Assembly (NCBI GenBank): GCA_035576225.1
Contig: DATLWQ010000304.1
Coordinates: 1 to 33,138, forward strand
Reading direction: 5' to 3'
Length of the DNA: 33,138 nucleotides
Origin: Fimbriimonadaceae bacterium
GTDB lineage: Bacteria > Armatimonadota > Fimbriimonadia > Fimbriimonadales > Fimbriimonadaceae
The notes beneath the pieces are model-generated. The model was not told where the DNA came from, ran no database searches, and saw only the letters and a list, made by a program, of their open reading frames with translations. Below are positions 10,401 to 18,124 of the stretch, in pieces (within the stretch, counting starts at the first letter, position 1; every line of letters begins with the position of its first letter). Position numbers and translations under genes: made by a program.

Positions 10401-10696
10401 ACGCGGCGGTGGTCGCCGCTAGCCCGCAGAGGCTCCGTCCGATCCTCATGACGAGCGTCATCACGATCGTCGTCATGTCGCTCGTCGCGTTCCATCCCAA
10501 GACCGGACTGGACGCCTACCAGCCGCTCGGCACGGTCGTCGTCGGCGGACTCATCGCCGGCACCGTGCTCTCCCTGCTCGTCATCCCGATCATGCACACG
10601 GTCGTGGACGACGCCGTCCGTTGGCTCCAGGTCAAAGTGCTCCACCGCGACCCGGCCACGCTCGACCCAATAGAGGAATCCAATGAAAACTCATAG
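7424..10696 (+). CDS. RND efflux transporter permease (AcrB/CusA/CzcA superfamily)
   Basis: 1090 aa with a 12-TM RND layout and two large periplasmic loops. The TM4 block reads GLLIAIGRLVDDAIIDIH (Asp-Asp at 8672-8677). The GTG start follows GGGGAG by 8 nt. The gene begins 3 nt after the adaptor stop. Confidence 0.93.
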   Translation: MANRNGFNMVRWSVEHPYGVLAGFIATLFLGYLAVTHWMPRRFMPYVETPIIGIVSQMPGLSAEEMETYFSSPIEQKMVSIQNVRYIRSTSQDGFSIVALEFPYGTDMQRAYTEVQALMDVVQSELPKADANRVPSFIVKVDPLNLPVLTFSLTGDKDKGWTMAALRDLADNKLTNRFKTAHGNVYSVSTFGGYRRQLQIRVNRDKIKEYGLSILDVKNAIDRYNVARPAGLITQDDAEPILRVDTLAKSAEQVKHYPVRAQGDRVVHVGDVAQVLDTFVEERSAYHHMSGDHVQDAIAVNILQNPDASSPVTIENAMKVAKQLEKEYPGIHLDVAYNNASFVDILFDNMIEELIVAIVLTGIAVLFFLGEVRGTLIALTAIPVSMAMTLLAMSPLGFSLNSSTLVGLLIAIGRLVDDAIIDIHAVERHMRMGKDRRTATIDGISEVRRSVLAGTIVLIVALIPLLVSGGLTQLMFEGLAWPIIFGVAFSYMVSMTLTAVMCSRFMQTTSERKRTWFSRLFLERFDGWLGRLEAGYSRLIRYLLDHRFSTLARAVITVVIGFGFYYFIGSEMMPLADVGQASMQLEMQPGTSFSATKRATRQLEQIMVEEGGRQGWIKQASIELGAERGPGMPQQVTYTGYGMRQVNGASAMITLADKDTGRPDVFTILDRIHDRAMKEIPGIRRIQLKEMGADVMATAYAPVALIVYGDDLQVLNKLGQGVLKMAKDDVKDPRTGKHDIYQPFLSWEMTKPTYTLVVDEDKAAAHGLSPASIAQQAYYGLRGGLTDEYYRLPNKRPVSIQVRYDERAYDNLKDLDTMFLTGSSGEQVPLTELVSLKKRSAPSLIEHDQLRRVVSFGGYYRKDGRPSMDVTMDLQMRAQAGLNWPVGYGIEARGDMTQMMDSFRVMLYGLAIALVMMYLILVAQFRGFLQPLQMMFSLPLELSGVFFMLWLMHQSFSTVSIMGVIVLSGMDIVTAILMIDLIMDYRRSGMPRNAAVVAASPQRLRPILMTSVITIVVMSLVAFHPKTGLDAYQPLGTVVVGGLIAGTVLSLLVIPIMHTVVDDAVRWLQVKVLHRDPATLDPIEESNENS

Positions 10697-11951
10697 CATC
10701 GCTCTGCTCCTGATCGCCCCGTCGCTTGCGGCGGCGCAGACGTCCTACGACGCGCTTCTTCAGAGGGCGCTGGAAAGCCATCCAAAGGTCGTCGCCGCAA
10801 GGGCGATCGTCCAGTCCGCGCGAGCAGGGAAGTCAGGCCTCCTTGCGCCGTTCCAGCCGATGCTTAGCCTCAACGGCTACGCGGCGGGCGGTGACGGCTC
10901 GATGATCTTTGCGAGCACCGTCGACCCGGTCAACTACGCGATGCTCCAGCACGACGGCGTCGCCGTCGGAAACCTCATGCTCATGTGGAAGATCTGGACG
11001 GGTGGGCGCGACTCCACTGCGCGCGGCATCGGCGATGCAAAGATCGAGGCTGCGGAGCAGATGCTGGAGAGCGTCCGACAAGGAGTCGCCCTCGATCTGC
11101 GCACCGCCTACGCCAACTACTTCTATGCGCAAGGAGCGCTGGGAACCGCGCAGGAGGAAGCCACCTCGGCCGACGAGACCGAGCGCGTCGCCAAAGAGAT
11201 GGAAGACGCCGGCAAGGCGCCCAAGGCCTTCACGCTGCGCGCCTCCGCTGCGGCGCGCAAGTCCGAACAAGGCGTGGCCGTCGCCGAGAGCGCTCTGGCA
11301 AAGGCGCAGGCCGCGCTTGAAGAGGCCGCGGGCGGCCCCATCATGGATCTGGGAGGACTGCAGGAGAACGCCTTCGTCCCGCCCAAGACATTAAAGGAGG
11401 CGCTCGAGCAGGGAAGCGATAGGCCGGAGATCGGCTTCCTCGCCGCGATGGCCCGCTCCGAGGGCCTCCAGGCGACGGCGGTGCGTCGCTCGCTGCTCCC
11501 TGAGGTCTCGCTCATGGCGATGGGCGGGCCGATGGCCGGCTCCGCGCGACAGACCGACACGACCGCCAAGTTCGGGGTCGTCTTCAGCGTGCCCGTCACC
11601 GACGGCGGAATGAGGAGCGCAAAGATTCACCAGGCCGACGCGCAAAAGGACGCGTTCCTCGCGCAAGTCGACACCGTGCGTCTCAAAGTGACGCGCGAGA
11701 TCGAGTCGGCGTGGTCCGAGTGGGTGGCGTCCGCAAAGATCACGGACAGCGCGACCGCCGCGCTCGACTCCGCCGAAGAGTCGTTCAAGGTCGAACGCAT
11801 CCGCTTCGAGAGCGGCAAGTCGATCCTCGCCGAACTGCTCGATGCGCAGACGGCGCTCACCCGCGCAAGGCTCGACGTCCTCGACGCCGCCCGCTACCGC
11901 GACACCGCGCTCGCGCGCCTGGAGAATGCTGTGGGAGCCAAAGTGGACTGA
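10683..11951 (+). CDS. TolC-family outer-membrane efflux factor
   Basis: 422 aa with a signal peptide (MKTHSIALLLIAPSLAAAQ). The body is a two-fold repeated Ala-rich helical pattern typical of OEP/TolC proteins. The start overlaps the RND stop by 14 nt and follows GAGGAA. Confidence 0.85.
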   Translation: MKTHSIALLLIAPSLAAAQTSYDALLQRALESHPKVVAARAIVQSARAGKSGLLAPFQPMLSLNGYAAGGDGSMIFASTVDPVNYAMLQHDGVAVGNLMLMWKIWTGGRDSTARGIGDAKIEAAEQMLESVRQGVALDLRTAYANYFYAQGALGTAQEEATSADETERVAKEMEDAGKAPKAFTLRASAAARKSEQGVAVAESALAKAQAALEEAAGGPIMDLGGLQENAFVPPKTLKEALEQGSDRPEIGFLAAMARSEGLQATAVRRSLLPEVSLMAMGGPMAGSARQTDTTAKFGVVFSVPVTDGGMRSAKIHQADAQKDAFLAQVDTVRLKVTREIESAWSEWVASAKITDSATAALDSAEESFKVERIRFESGKSILAELLDAQTALTRARLDVLDAARYRDTALARLENAVGAKVD

Positions 11952-11975
11952 CGCCTGCCATACTCGCTGTGCGCG

Positions 11976-13595
11976 ATGGCATGGCTCCTCCTACTCTTGG
12001 CGACGACAGGACAGGTCCAACAGCGGCCGCAACTCGCGTCGCAGGGGCTGAGCGGCTACATCAGCATGTCTGTGCCCGCGCCGAATGAAGGCTACGGCTA
12101 CGGCGTGAGCCTCTACGCTACGGCCTGGCCGCTCGTCAGCCGCCCGATCCGCGATTTCCAGATCGGCCTCGCGTCCATCTGGATCATCCCCGACAACAGG
12201 GACGTCAATGAGCCGCTGTTGCCGCACGGCACCGTCGCGCGCGACAACTGGCCGGAGCGCGGCCCCAGTTACCGAACGGTCTTCGAGACCATCGAAGGCG
12301 GACTAGGATTTTGGGCGAGCACGCGCTTCGGTTCGACCACCGCCAAGTTCCGTATGAACGGGACGCCGAACGGCTACAACCACGAAATCTCCTCGCCAGG
12401 CTGGGGGTTTGGCAGGACGCAGGCGCTCAAGCCGGACCAGATGGGCATCGCGCAACTCAGCCCGTGGCTGCTCGTCCCGCCCGACGGCCTCACGTTCGAA
12501 AAGGACACGCTCGGCGAGTTGTTCGGCTATGCGTGGATGGCGCTCCCTCTCACCCTGCCCAAGCAGACGACGGCAGGACTGCCGGTTCCAACCGGCAACG
12601 AGTGCTGGACCATGTTCGTCAACGCGAAGAACTTCCGCGGCCCGGTCGCCTGCTACACTCCGGTCACGTGGTCGCGCATCTCGCGCATCCATCCACCGGC
12701 GGTCGGTCGCGGCCTCGACGCGCGACCCGGAGTGGTGGCCGGCGGCGCGATCGAGATCAACACCGTTCCGCGGTTCGTCGCAAAGGCCAAAGACGGGACC
12801 GTCTACACGCGCATCCCGCAGTTGCAGTTCCCGGTCGATGAAGACGGACAGACCGTGCTCATCCACAACTTGACTCACTACGGTAAAGGTGCACTGTGGA
12901 ACCAGGTCGAAGCGTGGATCGCTGGTGGCGCCGCGCCGTCCGGTCAGTTCGACATGAGCGCCGCACGGACGCCGCCTGTCAAGGCCCAACCGCTCACGGT
13001 GCACCAGGGACCCGACCAAGCATTGATCAAAGGGTGTGAGAACTGGCTCAGCACCTCGACGCTCGACGCGACGACCTTTGGCCTTTCGTGGAAGCCAGCA
13101 GCGATCCAGCCGTGGGAACACGGCCTGGGGCGCGGCACGTTCCCCGAGTTCTTCAAGCGAGTCAAGGACGAGTGGTTGGCTATCAAGCCAGAGGACGTCC
13201 CGAAGGAGACCGGCCTCGCGGACGAGAAGTTTCCGCCAGCCGCCACGGATCAGTCTTACGTCTCGCCAGATACAAAGGACGACGTCTGGCACAAACCGGG
13301 CCCGGCGGCGGGCCCCTTCACCGCGCATCTCTCCGACGGCAGCGTCGTCACCTACTACTGGTACCGCTTCATCGACCAGCCCTCGCTGCAAGACGCCGAC
13401 CTGAGCGACGCAGAAAAGGCGAGGCTGCAGTCGGTCGTGGAGAAGATCCACCGGCAATGGACGAAAGAGAGGCAGTACCTTCCATCGCCAGGGAAGGGCA
13501 CGCTCGCATCGCTCGATCCATCGTTACTGGTGATGCCGCCGAAGGGCATGGAGGTCGGTTACGTGCCCATCGTCACGCGCCAGTCTCCACAGTAG
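11976..13595 (+). CDS. hypothetical secreted protein, no recognisable domain
   Basis: 539-aa ORF starting 25 nt after the TolC-like stop on the same strand, with a short hydrophobic N-terminus (MAWLLLLLATTG). Trp/Pro/Gly-rich, with no motif I can name. It is followed by the only clear terminator hairpin of the operon. Confidence 0.7.
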   Translation: MAWLLLLLATTGQVQQRPQLASQGLSGYISMSVPAPNEGYGYGVSLYATAWPLVSRPIRDFQIGLASIWIIPDNRDVNEPLLPHGTVARDNWPERGPSYRTVFETIEGGLGFWASTRFGSTTAKFRMNGTPNGYNHEISSPGWGFGRTQALKPDQMGIAQLSPWLLVPPDGLTFEKDTLGELFGYAWMALPLTLPKQTTAGLPVPTGNECWTMFVNAKNFRGPVACYTPVTWSRISRIHPPAVGRGLDARPGVVAGGAIEINTVPRFVAKAKDGTVYTRIPQLQFPVDEDGQTVLIHNLTHYGKGALWNQVEAWIAGGAAPSGQFDMSAARTPPVKAQPLTVHQGPDQALIKGCENWLSTSTLDATTFGLSWKPAAIQPWEHGLGRGTFPEFFKRVKDEWLAIKPEDVPKETGLADEKFPPAATDQSYVSPDTKDDVWHKPGPAAGPFTAHLSDGSVVTYYWYRFIDQPSLQDADLSDAEKARLQSVVEKIHRQWTKERQYLPSPGKGTLASLDPSLLVMPPKGMEVGYVPIVTRQSPQ

Positions 13596-13599
13596 AGGC

Positions 13600-13640
13600 G
13601 GCCGCCGCCGTAGCCAGTGGAACTACGAGCGGCGGCCTTT
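13600..13640 (+). terminator. intrinsic-terminator-like hairpin between convergent operons
   Basis: GGCCGCCGCCGTAG (13600-13613) pairs with CTACG-A-GCGGCGGCC (13623-13637), giving a 14-bp GC-rich stem with one bulge and a 9-nt loop, followed by TTT. The U-tract is short, and the reverse direction has no T-run. Confidence 0.5.
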
Positions 13641-13687
13641 CACGGATCTATGGTTCCTCAGCCTCCGCGTGCCTTAGCCTCTCGGCG

Positions 13688-16600
13688 TCAAGGCGCGGGT
13701 TTCTTCGGAGACATGAGAAAGTCGACCAATGACTTGTAGACCTTGTCTGGTTGATGGAAGTCCGGCATCTGCGTCCCCGGGTCGATCGCCTGCGGGTTCT
13801 TCAGGAACCGGAACACCCAGTCCTCTTTCAAACGCGAGGTGACCTCCGCCAGGTCGGGGCCGATCTTCTCCGTGTCCTGACCGGCGATGGACTGCTTGCC
13901 GCCCACCGGGTGACAACTCTCGCACTGGAGTTTCTTAAAGTACGTCGCGCCCTGCATCGCCAGCGGATAGACCTGCTGGTCAGCAGGGACATAGTCGTAG
14001 GGCGCGGTCTGGTTCGACATCTGCATGATGAACTCGACCAGCGTCGTCGTCTCCTCCACAGTCAGATGGAAGTTGGGCATCCGGGCGGGCTCCCACCACC
14101 TGATGCGGTGCGGCTTCATCAGGAAACTGAACAGCCACTTCGGTTTGACCTTCTCGCCTTCGCGAGTGAGGTCGGGCCCGACAGTGTGACCCACGCCGTT
14201 GAGCATGTGGCACGCCTGGCAGTTCTTCCTCAGCACCAAGAGCCGTCCCTTCGTCAGCACGGACTGGCTCGCAAAGAGCCCCGGCGTGTACTCGTTCGGA
14301 AGATCCTCGGGCTTGAGCGAGATCAGATACACCGCGAGCGCGTGCGTCTCATCCTTCGTCAGTCCGAACTTCGGCATCGCCGCCTTGATCGTCGCGGTCT
14401 CGAACTGCTTCGGGTCGTCGATCTTCGCCTGGATCCAGTCGAACAGCGTGCGCCCGACGTTCTTCGCGTTGCCATATTCCAGTTCGTCGACCGTCTTGGC
14501 ACCGACCTCCGTCAAGTCGGGAGCGGCGATGCGCTGGATCTGGCCGATGTCGTGGCATCCGGCGCACCCGCGCTTCATGATCAGTTCCTTGCCCTTGTCG
14601 ACCAGCGCCTGGTCAAAGGTCGGGCTCTCGTCCAACTTCGCTCTCGGCCGCGTCTCGATCTGGATCAGATAGTTGGTGATCAGTGCGATCTGGTCGGCGT
14701 CGAGGCCGAAGACCGGCATTTTGCTGTTCGGCAGGTACGCCTTCGGGTTCTCGATCCACGAGTAGAGCCAACTCGGCGAAGCCTTCGACGCGACGTGCGT
14801 CAGTTCCGGCCCGAACGGCGAGCCTTCGCCCTGGATCACGTGGCACCCCGTACACCCGATGGAGACGACAAGTTTGTCCGCCTTGTCCATTTGCGCCGGG
14901 GTCAAAGGCGTGTAAGTGAACTGGTGTGCAGGCTTCCAGTCGTGCAGGGTGAGCAGGTACGCCGCGATCGCCTTCGCTTCGTCCTCTTTGAATCCGAAGT
15001 TCGGCATTCGCGCTTCGACAGAGTGCGACTGCGGGTTTTCCAGCCACTTGATCAGCCAGTCATGGTCGACCTTCGCTCCGACGTGGTCGAGCGCGGGTCC
15101 GCTCTTGAACACGATGTCGCGTCCCTCGACCTTGTGGCAGCCGAGGCACCCAGAGTTCTCGAAGAGCGTCTTTCCACGGTCGAACACGTTCGTGCCCGTC
15201 ATCTGCTCGACGTCGCCGTGGCACTTCACGCACGTCGACTGCACGAGGTCGCCCTTCATCAGCGGCGTGCCCTTGCCGACCTTGCCGCCGTGCGCCTCGT
15301 TGAGGTCCAGAGCCTGGCCCCATCCGCCGTGGCACGTCGTGCAAGCGAACCGGTCAGGCGAGTGCGTCCCGATGATCGTGCCCGGGTGCGTCCGGAACGG
15401 CTGCGGCGCGTCCTTGAACATCGGGTCTTCGATCCCCATGTGGCACGTGGTGCACCGCTCAACGGTCTTGAGCCGCGGAAGCACGATCTGCTCGATCTCG
15501 GGCCTTGCAGACTCGCTCTTCTTCATTCTCGCCTGGAGTTGCGTCAGTTTCTGCTCCTGGCTGTCGTGAAACTTGTCCAGGTCGTCCTTCGACTTCTTGA
15601 GCGCGTCGACGTCAGTGCCGTCTCCAATCCTTGCCTCGGCGAGTTTGTCCACGTCCTCGGCCCAAAGGAGGTGCTGTGCATGGTCCTTCAGGTCGCCCTT
15701 GGTCCCCTCCAGAGCGAGGTTCGCCTCCGCCAATGCGAGTTTCGCCTTGGCCGCGTCGAAACTTGTCTTCGCGATCTTGATCTTGAGCGTTTCATTGGCC
15801 GGCAGCCCGAGCGTCTGCCTCTCGTAGAGGTGCTGCGCCTCGGCGTAGTTGCGCTTCGCGTCGTCGAGGCTTCGTTGCGCCGCCGTCGTATCGACCTCCA
15901 GTTGACTCGATTCGACGAGTTCGTCCTGGTCGATCTTCGGCGCTTCTGCCTGCGGCTGGGACGACTGGTCGGCCTGCCCCTTCTGGGCCGCCTGGCCCTT
16001 CGAACTGTCCGGGAACGCCTTGTCCAGTTCTCCCTCGAGGCTTGAGTTGTCATCGCCGGAAGAAGCCTGGCCCTTGCCCTTGTCGGCCCGGCCCTTGTCG
16101 CTCTGGCCCGATCCGCCGGACTCGCCGCCGCCCATCCCTGCAAGTTCTTTCTCCAAGTCGGACATGTCGCCAGAACTGCCGTCCTTCGAGGAGTCCCCTT
16201 GCGTGGCTTTGCCCTTCCCACTGTCGGTCTGCGCGCCGCCCTGGTCGGAACCGCCCATGCCGGCGAGTTCCTTTTCCAGGTCCGACATTTCGCCGGCGCT
16301 CGGGGCCGCTCCCTGGTCCGAAGTCGTGGTCTCCTCGCCCTGCGCCGACTGGATGTCCAGTTCGTCCAGGTCCGCCTCCAGTTGCTCCAAAGAAGACGCG
16401 TCTTCGTCGCGCTTGGCCAGCGCCTTGTCATAGAGGTCGCGCGACTTCTTATAGTCCGCCTCGTACGAAGGCGACTTCAGCCACGCCGTCAACTGCTGGA
16501 TCTGCTGGCCCAGCAGTTTCTGCTCTTCCTTCCTGTATTTGCTCTGGTAGTCGATCCACGAAGGGTGCGTGTCCTTCCAGATCGACAGGCCCATGACGAC

Positions 16601-16702
16601 GAGCATAACGACGCTCAGCACGAGGAATGAAGCGCTCATTTTGAACGCGCTCTTGTCCGGTTTCTTTGCTTTCTTCAGGCCCATGGCCACACCCAACTCC
16701 AC
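13688..16702 (-). CDS. membrane-anchored octahaem c-type cytochrome (3 clustered haems plus 5 tandem class-I cytochrome c domains) with a long coiled-coil/acidic N-terminal region
   Basis: Eight CXXCH motifs: CTTCH, CTTCH, CVKCH, CLGCH, CTGCH, CAGCH, CQACH, CESCH. All lie in residues 417-1004 (nt 13688-15454). The last five sit in a repeated pattern GC-x-GCH...GP-L...W...P...MP-F. An N-terminal TM helix (FLVLSVVMLVVMGLSIW) is followed by about 370 aa rich in E/D/K/Q/G/S. GTG 16702 follows GAGGA by 6 nt. An alternative ATG lies at 16684. Confidence 0.9.
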   Translation of the reverse strand: MELGVAMGLKKAKKPDKSAFKMSASFLVLSVVMLVVMGLSIWKDTHPSWIDYQSKYRKEEQKLLGQQIQQLTAWLKSPSYEADYKKSRDLYDKALAKRDEDASSLEQLEADLDELDIQSAQGEETTTSDQGAAPSAGEMSDLEKELAGMGGSDQGGAQTDSGKGKATQGDSSKDGSSGDMSDLEKELAGMGGGESGGSGQSDKGRADKGKGQASSGDDNSSLEGELDKAFPDSSKGQAAQKGQADQSSQPQAEAPKIDQDELVESSQLEVDTTAAQRSLDDAKRNYAEAQHLYERQTLGLPANETLKIKIAKTSFDAAKAKLALAEANLALEGTKGDLKDHAQHLLWAEDVDKLAEARIGDGTDVDALKKSKDDLDKFHDSQEQKLTQLQARMKKSESARPEIEQIVLPRLKTVERCTTCHMGIEDPMFKDAPQPFRTHPGTIIGTHSPDRFACTTCHGGWGQALDLNEAHGGKVGKGTPLMKGDLVQSTCVKCHGDVEQMTGTNVFDRGKTLFENSGCLGCHKVEGRDIVFKSGPALDHVGAKVDHDWLIKWLENPQSHSVEARMPNFGFKEDEAKAIAAYLLTLHDWKPAHQFTYTPLTPAQMDKADKLVVSIGCTGCHVIQGEGSPFGPELTHVASKASPSWLYSWIENPKAYLPNSKMPVFGLDADQIALITNYLIQIETRPRAKLDESPTFDQALVDKGKELIMKRGCAGCHDIGQIQRIAAPDLTEVGAKTVDELEYGNAKNVGRTLFDWIQAKIDDPKQFETATIKAAMPKFGLTKDETHALAVYLISLKPEDLPNEYTPGLFASQSVLTKGRLLVLRKNCQACHMLNGVGHTVGPDLTREGEKVKPKWLFSFLMKPHRIRWWEPARMPNFHLTVEETTTLVEFIMQMSNQTAPYDYVPADQQVYPLAMQGATYFKKLQCESCHPVGGKQSIAGQDTEKIGPDLAEVTSRLKEDWVFRFLKNPQAIDPGTQMPDFHQPDKVYKSLVDFLMSPKKPAP
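16046..16291 (-). repeat. intragenic tandem duplication, 2 x 123 nt (41-aa unit beginning [ED]MSDLEKELAGMGG)
   Basis: Residues 138-178 and 179-219 of the octahaem protein both start with MSDLEKELAGMGG followed by Gly/Ser/Asp/Lys-rich low complexity. At the DNA level the conserved cores lie at about 16250-16291 and 16127-16168. Confidence 0.8.
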
Positions 16703-17316
16703 CCTGGTCCTCGGAAGAACTGTCCGATCACGATGAGAACGAGCCCTATGTATACAAACATCCAGTAGAACCTCCGTCGAGCGAGTTCGGCCCTCTTTTC
16801 ATCGTCAAAACGAGGCGAGCCCGCGTACTTCCTCAGGAGAACGAAACTGACGATCCATAGAATGAACGTCGGGAACCCGTAAACGCGGATGGTGTCCGCG
16901 AAACCTGGCGCCATCGAGTGCACGAGTTCCCATATGATGTCGTCGAATACGGGCATCACGATGATTGCGACCAGGAAGCCGGAAGGAATGATCGCCTTCC
17001 TGCCTTTGCAGTAGGGGATGGTGCACAAGGTCGCGACGATCGCGCCCGGCACCATCACTCCGGCGATGAACGGCGGCGCGTAGTGCAGCAGTTCCTGCAG
17101 CCCCAGGAAGTACCACGGAGCCTTCGCCGGGTTCGGAGTCTTGCCGGGGTTGGCGATCTGCTCCAGCGGCGCGTTGAAGAAGTACGCGATCAGGAACAGC
17201 GCCATGCACAGCAGCCCGAACGCGATGAACTCGCGAGCGATCAGGTTCGGATACGTCGAGACGGTCTCTTCTTCCTCGGTGTCCTTGACCGTCGACCTGC
17301 CGGGGATGAAGGCCAT
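16675..17316 (-). CDS. cytochrome b C-terminal half (b6f subunit-IV-like) with extra C-terminal helices
   Basis: 213 aa. The Qo-site block reads NPAKAPWYFLGLQELL, aligning to the PEWYF block of cytochrome b/subunit IV. AAGGAG lies 9 nt upstream of ATG 17316. Confidence 0.85.
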   Translation of the reverse strand: MAFIPGRSTVKDTEEEETVSTYPNLIAREFIAFGLLCMALFLIAYFFNAPLEQIANPGKTPNPAKAPWYFLGLQELLHYAPPFIAGVMVPGAIVATLCTIPYCKGRKAIIPSGFLVAIIVMPVFDDIIWELVHSMAPGFADTIRVYGFPTFILWIVSFVLLRKYAGSPRFDDEKRAELARRRFYWMFVYIGLVLIVIGQFFRGPGWSWVWPWA

Positions 17317-17371
17317 CAGGCCGTACTCCTTGTCGTCGTGCCGATCTTCGTTGGTGTTGTCGGTGTTCAGT

Positions 17372-18124
17372 TTATAGACCTCCCGAAAAACCGTCTTTGC
17401 GCACCCTCCACAAGTGGTACACGATGAGCGCGACCATCACGAGCGGCACCGCGACGCAGTGCAGAACGTAGAACCGCAGCAGCGCGGGCTGGTCGACCGT
17501 CGCACCGCCGAGCAGCACGAACCGAATGTCCGCGCCGGCGAACGGCACCGCGCCCGCCATGTTCGTGCCGACCGTCACCGCCCAGAACGCAAGTTGGTCC
17601 CAAGGCAGCAGATAGCCGGTGAAACTCAGGAAGAACGTAAGTACCAGCAGGATGACGCCCACCACCCAGTTGAACTCCCGCGGGTGCTTGTACGCCTTGG
17701 AGACGAACACGCGGATCATGTGCAGGAACACGACGACAACCATCGCGTGGGCCCCCCACCGGTGGACGTTGCGCACGATCTTTCCGAGAGAGATCGCCGT
17801 CTGCAGGTCCACCATGTCCGCGTGGGCGCGCTCGACCGATGGCACGTAGTAGAACATCAGCAGCACGCCGGTCACCGTCAGGATCAGGAACAGCGCCGCA
17901 GAAAGCCCGCCAAGGCAGTACGTGCAGTTGAACTTGATCGCCTGAGCCTTGATCTTCGACGGGTGCAGGTGGAACCAGAAACTCGTGATCGCGATCTCCG
18001 ATCGTTCGCGGTCTGTCCGGGGGTACGGCTTGGTAAAGATCGACCGCCAGACCAGCGACTGCTTCACGGTCTCGACGAACGTCTTCTTTGTGCCTGTCTT
18101 TTCTTCGTTTGGGATCTGACTCAT
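17372..18124 (-). CDS. cytochrome b6-like N-terminal half of a split cytochrome b
   Basis: 250 aa. Paired His haem-b ligand blocks are present ([19 protein letters not shown] and [23 protein letters not shown]). There is a b6-type TYCLGG block. The ATG overlaps the Rieske stop as ATGA (18121-18124). Confidence 0.92.
   Translation of the reverse strand: MSQIPNEEKTGTKKTFVETVKQSLVWRSIFTKPYPRTDRERSEIAITSFWFHLHPSKIKAQAIKFNCTYCLGGLSAALFLILTVTGVLLMFYYVPSVERAHADMVDLQTAISLGKIVRNVHRWGAHAMVVVVFLHMIRVFVSKAYKHPREFNWVVGVILLVLTFFLSFTGYLLPWDQLAFWAVTVGTNMAGAVPFAGADIRFVLLGGATVDQPALLRFYVLHCVAVPLVMVALIVYHLWRVRKDGFSGGL

Noticed and set aside
13751-16045. 764-aa plus-strand ORF antisense to the octahaem cytochrome gene. 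Similar long antisense or alternative-frame ORFs: 7688-9061(-), 12303-13457(-), 27859-28785(-), 5339-6241(-), 872-1825(+), 4722-5495(-), 21103-22227(+), 18756-19538(+).
   Set aside because: Their products are Arg/Leu/Val/Asp/His-rich with no motifs, which is typical of stop-poor shadow frames in GC-rich DNA. In every case the opposite or overlapping frame encodes a protein with strong, recognisable family motifs.
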